From Sandaracinaceae bacterium (GTDB lineage: Bacteria; Myxococcota_A; Polyangia; Polyangiales; Sandaracinaceae): DNA of 28,791 bases. Positions 20,095-26,806 of this stretch are shown here, in pieces. How positions within the stretch are numbered: position 1 is the first letter of the stretch; the number at the start of each line of letters is the position of its first letter. The notes beneath the pieces are model-generated. The model saw only the letters and a program-made list of their open reading frames with translations. It did no database searches and had not been told where the DNA came from. Made by a program: the position numbers and the translations under genes. Where the stretch lies: contig JBGAQA010000087.1 in the NCBI GenBank assembly GCA_044220955.1, positions 1-28,791 on the forward strand, read 5' to 3'.

Positions 20095-21756
20095 ATGTCC
20101 CCGCGCCCCACCGCGCTGCTCGCCCTCCTCGCAGCGCTCGGCGCCTGTCAGGCGTCGGTCGATCCCGGGAGCCCTTGCGCGCGAGCGAGCGAGTGCAGCG
20201 GAGCGTTGGTGTGCGAGTTCGGCCGCTGCAGAGCGGCCTGCGCGGCGAACCGCGACTGCCCGGCCGGCGCCGCCTGCCTGCCTTCACCGACGGGCAGCGC
20301 CTGCAGCGTCGCCACGGATCTCGGGTGCGAGAGCGGCGTCGGCCGCGAGTGCCCGCCCGGCCTCGTCTGCGTCGCAGATCGCTGCGAGGCGCGCTGCGAC
20401 GCTGCGTCCGACTGCCCCGGCGACGGCGCGTGCGTCGTCTCCGCGTCGGGCGTCTCGTTCTGCGGGCGCGCGGGGGAAGACGACGCGAGCGTCCCGCGCG
20501 ACGGCGGCCCGCCGGGCGATGCCCGCGAGGTCGACGCCGCGGCGCCCGCCGGCTGCGCCCAGGTGTGCATGACCGACGACTCGCACGGCTGCGCGCTGGT
20601 CGGTGGCGCCGTCTACTGCTGGGGCTCCGACTCGGGACAGCGACTCGGCGACGGCGACGTCCAGCACACGGTCGGCGGCGTGTGCTCCGCGTGCCCCGGC
20701 TCGGCGACACCCGTCCCCGTCGTGCACGACGGGACGACGACACCGCTCACGGGGATGACGTCGATCGCGTGCGGCGGCGCGCACGTCTGCGCGCTCGACG
20801 CCGCTGGCGCGATGTTCTGCTGGGGAGACGACGGTCACGGGCAGCTCGGCACCGGCGCGAGCGGTGCGCCGACCGGCGCCGTCCGCGCTGCGGTGTTCGC
20901 GAGCACGCCGCTCGATCGAATGGCCCTGGGACGCTCTCACACCTGCGCGCGCGCGCGCGCGACGCGCGAGCTCCGCTGCGTCGGGGAGAACCGCAGCGGT
21001 CAGATCGACCCGAGCGCCGCGGACGTCGCGCCCGACGTGCACGTCCTGCGCCCGCTGCTCGCCGCATCGACGACGCCGATGGGCCACCTGGCCGTCTCCG
21101 CGATCGCCGCCGGCGGCGTGTGGACGTGCGCCGTGAGCGAGGTCGGTGGTGCGCTCCATTGCTGGGGGTGGAACGAGCAAGGCCAGACGGGAGGCAGCAC
21201 GCCGGGCACGTCCGCCGCGGCGATCGATCCCGGTACGCAGACCATCGCCCTGAACGTCGACGACGTCGCCGCCGGCTACCAGACGACGTGCTACGTCGCC
21301 GGGGGCGTCGTCCGGTGCCTCGGCTCGGACATCGGCGGCGCGCTCGGCCGCGCGACCGGCCTCTCCGACTGCACGCCGGGCGACGGCGACGCCAACGAGT
21401 GCAGCTCCGCGCCCGTGTCCGTGCAGCCCGGCGTCGAGCTCGTGACGGTGCATGGCGGCCCGGGCGCCAACCAGTTCTGTGGGATCGGCCCGTCGGGCGC
21501 GGTGTGCTGGGGCTTCAACGACGTCGGTCAGGCCGGCCAGCCCAGCTCGGGTCCGGTGCGCGTCGCGCTCGCGCCGTTCCTCGACGCGCGTGCCGGCGTC
21601 GCGGTCTGCGGTCTCGGTCTGGCGAGCAGCGCGCTCTGCGCGGCGCTCGAGGACGGCCGCATCGCCTGCGCGGGCGACGACGAGAGCGGTCAGCGCGGCG
21701 ACGGAACGGCCGACGACGCACGGGATGGCGTGCCGACCTTCGTCGCCCTCCCCTGA
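20095..21756 (+). CDS. Lipoprotein with Cys-rich N-terminal repeats and RCC1/BLIP-II beta-propeller repeats (~553 aa)
   Basis: Start ATG 20095; lipobox ALGAC; C-x4-C-x5-C-type repeats; repeated H(T/V/G)CA...CWG..GQLG units. Confidence 0.88.
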   Translation: MSPRPTALLALLAALGACQASVDPGSPCARASECSGALVCEFGRCRAACAANRDCPAGAACLPSPTGSACSVATDLGCESGVGRECPPGLVCVADRCEARCDAASDCPGDGACVVSASGVSFCGRAGEDDASVPRDGGPPGDAREVDAAAPAGCAQVCMTDDSHGCALVGGAVYCWGSDSGQRLGDGDVQHTVGGVCSACPGSATPVPVVHDGTTTPLTGMTSIACGGAHVCALDAAGAMFCWGDDGHGQLGTGASGAPTGAVRAAVFASTPLDRMALGRSHTCARARATRELRCVGENRSGQIDPSAADVAPDVHVLRPLLAASTTPMGHLAVSAIAAGGVWTCAVSEVGGALHCWGWNEQGQTGGSTPGTSAAAIDPGTQTIALNVDDVAAGYQTTCYVAGGVVRCLGSDIGGALGRATGLSDCTPGDGDANECSSAPVSVQPGVELVTVHGGPGANQFCGIGPSGAVCWGFNDVGQAGQPSSGPVRVALAPFLDARAGVAVCGLGLASSALCAALEDGRIACAGDDESGQRGDGTADDARDGVPTFVALP

Positions 21757-21769
21757 ATAGGTGGACGCT

Positions 21770-21827
21770 CCCTGCCGCTCGTCCGCGAGGTCGAGGACGA
21801 CCTCACCGACGCGAGTCGGAGGCAGGG
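21770..21827. other. Three-stem inverted-repeat element between convergent genes
   Basis: CCCTGCC/GGCAGGG closes two internal hairpins, GAGGTCG-AGGA-CGACCTC and CCGAC-GCGA-GTCGG. Confidence 0.55.
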
Positions 21828-21831
21828 CTCC

Positions 21832-23796
21832 TCAGAACGTCGAGGGCCGCAGCGAGAGCGCCTGCGTCAGCAGCGACTGAACGGCGTTGCGCACGTCGTC
21901 GCTGATGCGCTGCACGGCGATCGGGTCGTCCTCGGTCCCCGCCGGGTGGCGCGCCAGGTCGATGGGCTCGCCGAACACGATCACCCACCGGCTGGGGAGC
22001 GGCACGAGGCCGATCGGTCCGAGCCAGGGGAACGTGGCGGTCACCGGGAGGAAGGGCACGCCGAAGAGCTTGGCCGCGCGCCGCATGGAGAAGATCGTCG
22101 GGTGCGCCTCCTCGGCACCGACGATCGCCACCGGAACGATCGGCGTCCTGGTGCGCAGCGCGAGACGGACGTAGCCGCCGCGGCCGAAGCGCTGCAGCTC
22201 GTAGCGCCGCGCGAAGGGCTTGCTCACGCCCTTGTCGCCCTCGGGGAACACCGCGACGAGCGCGTCGTCGGCGAGCAGGCGCTCGGCGTTCTCGGGACAA
22301 GCGCGCACGGCGCCGATGCGGCTCGTGGCGGCGCCGAGGAAGGGCGCGTGGAAGACGGAGTCCTCGACCAGCCAGCGCACCTCGCGCTCGGCGGGGTGCT
22401 CGAGCGCGACCGCCATCTTCAGCATCAGGCCGTCCCAGGGGAGCGCGCCCGCGTGGTTCCCGACGAGCATCGCGCGCCCCTCGGCGGGAACGTGGACCAC
22501 GTCGCGCGTCACGACGCGGAACCAGCGCCGGTAGATCGCCTCGAAGAGCGGGCGGTAGCGCGCCTCGTAGGCGCGATCGAGCCCGAAGGCATCGACCTCG
22601 GAGCCGCGGTCGCGCAGCGCCTGCGGACCCCACTCGCGCGCGTAGTGCTGGCTGCCGAAGAGATCCCCGAGCAGTCCCGAGGGCGCCTCGGGCGCGACCT
22701 CGCCGCCGAGCTTGCCCGCGAGCTGCGCGAACGCGTCGGCGACGCGCTTGCGCGCCGAGGGGTCCTCACCGAGGGAGCGCGCGTCGCTGAGCAGGCGATC
22801 GATGCTCTCCTCGACCGCGTAATTCGAGCGCGGCTCGGTCGTGTCCTCGACCCGGGGGCGGTCGGCGGCGGGGGCGGTCGGCGGCGGCATCAGGGTCTGG
22901 CCAGGCTCGAACGCGACCTCGACCGCCGGCGCCGGCGGCGTCGACGAGGCGCGCCGCTCGCGCCGTGACGGCGCCCGCGCCGGCTCGGTCTCGAGGAACG
23001 ACGGCGCATCGCCGAACGCGTCGGTCATCAGCCCCTCGTCGAGCGCGATCTCGGTGGCCGAGAGCTCGGGCTCCGGGGCCAGGGCGGGCGGATCGACGGC
23101 GATGGGGGGCGGCGCCTTCGGAGCGGGCACAGGCGTCGTGGAGACGCGGGCCGACACCCGCGGACGCACCGACGCGGGCCGCTCGCGCACCGCCGGTGCG
23201 GGCGCCGCGGCGGGGGCGGCCGAGACCGCGGGGGGCAGAGCGGCGCTCACCGCCACGGTCGGGGGCCTCTTCGCGCGCGCGCTGGTGCGGATGGCCTGGG
23301 ACGACGCCCGCGCCGGACGCTTCCGCGCGGACGTCGGGGCCGCAGGCGCAGGCGCGGGCTTCGCCCCGGACGGGATCGGCTTGGCGCTGGCCGCCGCGGG
23401 CGGAGCTGCGGGGCTCCCGCTCGACGTCTTCACCGCGGGCGTGCTCCCGCTCGACGTCTTCACCGCGGGTGTGCTCCCGCTCGACGTCTTCACCACGGGC
23501 GTGCTCCCGCTCGACGTCTTCACCGCGGGCGTGCTCCCTGGGCTCGACGCCTTCGCCGCCGCGAGGCGTCCCGCGCTCGACGTCCTGGGGGCGCTCGCCG
23601 TGCCCGCGCTCGACGGCTTCGCGGCGCTCACCGTCCCGGGGCTCGACGTCTTGGGCACGCTCGACCCGCTCGCGCTCTTGCCAGCCGAGGGTGGCCGTGC
23701 GCCCAGCGCCTTCGCCTTGGCCGGACCGCTCGGCGAGGCCGAGGCGATGCTCTTCTGGGGTGTCCCGCGCCCGCTTCCGTCTCGCCGGTCTGCCAT
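21832..23796 (-). CDS. Lysophospholipid/glycerol-phosphate acyltransferase family protein with a long low-complexity N-terminus
   Basis: C-terminal VDAFGLD, GNHAGALPWD (catalytic His/Asp block), VFPEG, PIVPVAIVG; the N-terminal ~330 aa are Ser/Ala/Pro/Lys-rich. Confidence 0.9.
   Translation of the reverse strand: MADRRDGSGRGTPQKSIASASPSGPAKAKALGARPPSAGKSASGSSVPKTSSPGTVSAAKPSSAGTASAPRTSSAGRLAAAKASSPGSTPAVKTSSGSTPVVKTSSGSTPAVKTSSGSTPAVKTSSGSPAAPPAAASAKPIPSGAKPAPAPAAPTSARKRPARASSQAIRTSARAKRPPTVAVSAALPPAVSAAPAAAPAPAVRERPASVRPRVSARVSTTPVPAPKAPPPIAVDPPALAPEPELSATEIALDEGLMTDAFGDAPSFLETEPARAPSRRERRASSTPPAPAVEVAFEPGQTLMPPPTAPAADRPRVEDTTEPRSNYAVEESIDRLLSDARSLGEDPSARKRVADAFAQLAGKLGGEVAPEAPSGLLGDLFGSQHYAREWGPQALRDRGSEVDAFGLDRAYEARYRPLFEAIYRRWFRVVTRDVVHVPAEGRAMLVGNHAGALPWDGLMLKMAVALEHPAEREVRWLVEDSVFHAPFLGAATSRIGAVRACPENAERLLADDALVAVFPEGDKGVSKPFARRYELQRFGRGGYVRLALRTRTPIVPVAIVGAEEAHPTIFSMRRAAKLFGVPFLPVTATFPWLGPIGLVPLPSRWVIVFGEPIDLARHPAGTEDDPIAVQRISDDVRNAVQSLLTQALSLRPSTF
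23413..23666. repeat. Intragenic tandem repeat: four 30-bp units followed by degenerate 33-bp units
   Basis: GCTCCCGCTCGACGTCTTCACCGCGGGCGT x4 (23413-23532, one substitution each in two units); the GCTCGAC core recurs at 23542, 23575, 23608, 23641 and 23659; encodes KTSSGSTPAV-type repeats. Confidence 0.95.
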
Positions 23797-23810
23797 CGTC
23801 TCGTCCCCGA

Positions 23811-24866
23811 TCAGCGCCCTGCGGGCTGCGGCTCACCGAGCAGGTGCGCCTCGCGCAGGCGCAGTGCGCCTCCGAAGTCGAGCACCGCCTCGCGCGCCGT
23901 GTACGCCGCACGCCAGCCGAGCTCGCGCGCCGCCTTCTCGCCATCCGCCACGCAGAGGTAGCGGAGGTAGTCGACGAAGAAGACCGGAGCCTCGTTGAGC
24001 CCGAAGTTCCAGAGCGCCGACGTGCCCGCGCGCAAGAGCGGTCGCGGCACGGGGATCGGCGTGCGTCCCGCCAGGGTGACCACCGTCGAGATCGGGAGCA
24101 CGCCGTCGCCGACGACGTTGTACGCCCCGGCGGCCCCCTCCACGTCGAGCGCCATGCGCAGCGCGCTCACCGCGTCGACCTCGTGGAGCACCTGGACCAG
24201 CGGGTCGTATCCGAGCATCACCGGCACGAAGCGCCGGGTGAGCCAGCGCGTCACCCAGCTCGTCACCGTCGGGCCGAGGATGGGCGCGAAGCGCAGCGTG
24301 ACCACGCTCGTGTCCGGCCGGTCGCGCGCGAGATCCTGCATCTCGCCCTCCGCCTCGATCTTGTCGCCGAGAAACCGGCAGCCCGAGAGGCCCTTCAGCG
24401 GGCGCGCCTCGTCGAGGAAGTTTGGGTTCGAGGGCAAGGGGCCGTAGAGAAGCGTCGAGGAGCCGTGCACCACGCGGGTCACGCGCGCGTCGCGGCAGGC
24501 GTTGGCGACGTGCATGGTCCCGACGCTCTCGAGCTCGTGCGCCCAGCCCTCCGCGGCCGTGGGCAGCGCGAGGAACGCGAGGTGCACGACCGTGTCCACC
24601 TTCTCCGCGTGCAGCGTCTCGGCCACGCGCACCGCCGCAGAGGGATCGGTGAGATCGATCCGGTAGCTGCGCGTCTTCTTCCCGGCCGTCCGCGGCGTCG
24701 TCACGTCGAGCACGACGACCCGCCCGACGCTCGGGTCCTCCTCGAGCAGTCCGACGAGGTTGCGCCCGAGGAACGACGCCGCCCCCGTGATCGCGACGGA
24801 GCGCCGCTCCGGCAGCCGCCGGTCGATCGCGCGAGACGCCCCCTTCGGCGCCGCGCTCTTCCGCAT
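23811..24866 (-). CDS. NAD-dependent epimerase/dehydratase-family (atypical extended SDR) protein
   Basis: VAITGAASFLG Rossmann motif, VVHLAF, HGSSTLLYG, LRFAPILGP, QVLHEVD, YNVVGDG. Start ATG 24866 or TTG 24878. Confidence 0.9.
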   Translation of the reverse strand: MRKSAAPKGASRAIDRRLPERRSVAITGAASFLGRNLVGLLEEDPSVGRVVVLDVTTPRTAGKKTRSYRIDLTDPSAAVRVAETLHAEKVDTVVHLAFLALPTAAEGWAHELESVGTMHVANACRDARVTRVVHGSSTLLYGPLPSNPNFLDEARPLKGLSGCRFLGDKIEAEGEMQDLARDRPDTSVVTLRFAPILGPTVTSWVTRWLTRRFVPVMLGYDPLVQVLHEVDAVSALRMALDVEGAAGAYNVVGDGVLPISTVVTLAGRTPIPVPRPLLRAGTSALWNFGLNEAPVFFVDYLRYLCVADGEKAARELGWRAAYTAREAVLDFGGALRLREAHLLGEPQPAGR

Positions 24867-24885
24867 GCTCTCTCGCAAGGGCGCG

Positions 24886-24914
24886 ACCTTAGAAGGGCGC
24901 CGAGATCGCGTCAA
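24886..24914 (-). promoter_or_regulatory. Sigma70-type promoter for the SDR-acyltransferase unit
   Basis: TTGACG (24914-24909), 17-bp spacer, TAAGGT (24891-24886). Confidence 0.6.
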
Positions 24915-24961
24915 ACGCGCCCCCCGCCATCGCTTCCGGGCCCTGCTAAGGTCTGCCGGCC

Positions 24962-26806
24962 TTGGCGCTCGTGCCCCAGAAGTCGCCGCCGTCCCGGGCG
25001 CGGCGAGCCGTGCTCTACGGCATCCTCGTGCTCGCGTACCTGTACGCGTTTCCGTACCAGGATCGCACGAACAACCCGAACGAGAACGTCCGCTTCTTCA
25101 TGACGGCGGCGATCGTCGACGAGCACACGTTCGCGATCGATCACGTCCGCGAGCAGTGGGGCTGGGTCAACGACGCCGCCATCTACGGCGGGCACGCGTA
25201 CTCGGTGAAGGCGCCCGGCACGAGCTACCTCGGCGTGCCTGGCTACTGGGTCTACCGGCAGTGGTGCAGCCGCACCGGGCACGCGTTCGACCGCACGACC
25301 GCGCTCTGGGCGTCGCGCTTCACGGGCTCGATCCTGCCGACGCTCTGGTTCCTCTTCGCGTTCCACCGCTGGCTCGCGCGGCGCGGCGGGCCTCCCGTCG
25401 TGCGCGACGCGATCGTGCTCTCGCTCGGCGTCGGCTCGCTGCTCTACGCGTACGGGCTCATCTTCGTGTCGCACACGCTGAGCGCGGCCGCGGCGTTCGG
25501 CGCGTTCATGATCCTCGAGCGGGCGCGACGCGAGGGCGAGATCAGCGGCTCGCGCGCGATCGCGGCGGGGTTCCTCGCGGCCGGGGTCACGGCGTTCGAG
25601 TACCCCGGATTCGTCGCCACCGCCCTGCTCTGCCTCTACGCGCTCTTCGCGATCCGGCGCCGCGCCTACCTCGTGAACTTCGGGCTCGGCGCGCTCGTCC
25701 CGACGCTCTCGGTGATGGGCTTCCACCTCGCCGCGTTCGGCAACGCCTTCACGCCGGGTCACCGGTACCTCGAGTCGGAGGCGTTCCGCGCGGGCATGAA
25801 CGACGGCTTCTACGGCTCGGGCCAGTGGCGCTGGGAGGCGGCCGGGGGGCTGCTCTTCGACCTCGGCTACGGCCTCTTCCCCCTCACGCCGATCCTGACG
25901 CTCGCCTTCATCGGCTTCCCCGTGTTGCTCGGCACCAAGCGCACGCGGCTCGACGCGGCCTTCGCGCTGCTGATCCCGCTCGCCACCTACGGCCTGATCT
26001 GCACGATGAACAACTGGCGCGGTGGCTGGACCGTGGGCCCCCGCTACCTCGCGGTCGTGTACCCGTTCCTCGGCTGGGCGGCGCTCGAGGGCGGCAAGGT
26101 GCTCGCGCGCTTCAGCGCGAGGGCGACGGGCGCCCTCGCCGTCGCGTGCCTCTCGGTGGGCCTTCTCGCCTCCGGCGCCCCGAGCATCTACTACCCGCAC
26201 CTGCCCGAGGCGATCACGCGGCCGCTGCCCCAGCTCTTGCGCGTGCTGGTCCGCTCCGACTTCGCCCCCTACAACGCCGGGAGCTGGCTCGCGTCGCTGT
26301 TCGGCCACGATCTCCACGGGAGCATCTCGATGCTCCCGATCGGGCTGCTGGGGCTCTTCGCGGTGATCTTCGCCGCGTGGGGCGAGCGCAAGACCCAGGA
26401 CCGCCTCGTGGTGTTCCTCGGCTCGCTGCTCTTCGGCTCGTGGATGCTGACGCCGCTCGTCTCGCAGGACGAGAACGCGGCGGCGGCCTCGGCGGCGACC
26501 GCGAACCTGATCGGCTACTGGGATCCCGCCGGCTTCGACGTGGCAGCGCGCATCGAGCGTCGCATCCGCGAAGGGACCGCCACCGACGCCGACTACGAGC
26601 GCCTGCCGCGCGTCTATGCCGACGAGGGGCGCTCGAGCGAGGCGCGCGCGGCCGAGCGCCGGCGCGACGCGCGGCTCGCTCCCGCGCGGCAGACCCAGAG
26701 CCAGCTCGCCCTGCCGCCGCTGCTGCGCACTCCCGAGGTCGAGGGCCGGGGCGATCTCGAGGAGGGCGACGGCGCCGAAGAGGCGCGCCCTACTCTCGCG
26801 CAGTGA
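24962..26806 (+). CDS. Polytopic membrane protein, probable GT-C-fold glycosyltransferase
   Basis: One N-terminal TM, a loop with NPNENVRFF...ND...YSVKAPG, about 10 further TMs and a late GGWTVGPRYL motif. Start TTG 24962 or GTG 24971. The function is inferred from topology. Confidence 0.7.
   Translation: MALVPQKSPPSRARRAVLYGILVLAYLYAFPYQDRTNNPNENVRFFMTAAIVDEHTFAIDHVREQWGWVNDAAIYGGHAYSVKAPGTSYLGVPGYWVYRQWCSRTGHAFDRTTALWASRFTGSILPTLWFLFAFHRWLARRGGPPVVRDAIVLSLGVGSLLYAYGLIFVSHTLSAAAAFGAFMILERARREGEISGSRAIAAGFLAAGVTAFEYPGFVATALLCLYALFAIRRRAYLVNFGLGALVPTLSVMGFHLAAFGNAFTPGHRYLESEAFRAGMNDGFYGSGQWRWEAAGGLLFDLGYGLFPLTPILTLAFIGFPVLLGTKRTRLDAAFALLIPLATYGLICTMNNWRGGWTVGPRYLAVVYPFLGWAALEGGKVLARFSARATGALAVACLSVGLLASGAPSIYYPHLPEAITRPLPQLLRVLVRSDFAPYNAGSWLASLFGHDLHGSISMLPIGLLGLFAVIFAAWGERKTQDRLVVFLGSLLFGSWMLTPLVSQDENAAAASAATANLIGYWDPAGFDVAARIERRIREGTATDADYERLPRVYADEGRSSEARAAERRRDARLAPARQTQSQLALPPLLRTPEVEGRGDLEEGDGAEEARPTLAQ

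Noticed and set aside
23413..23666. 30/33-bp periodic repeats as a possible CRISPR array
   Set aside because: Head-to-tail units with no unique spacers, lengths are multiples of three within a CDS, and no cas genes are present.
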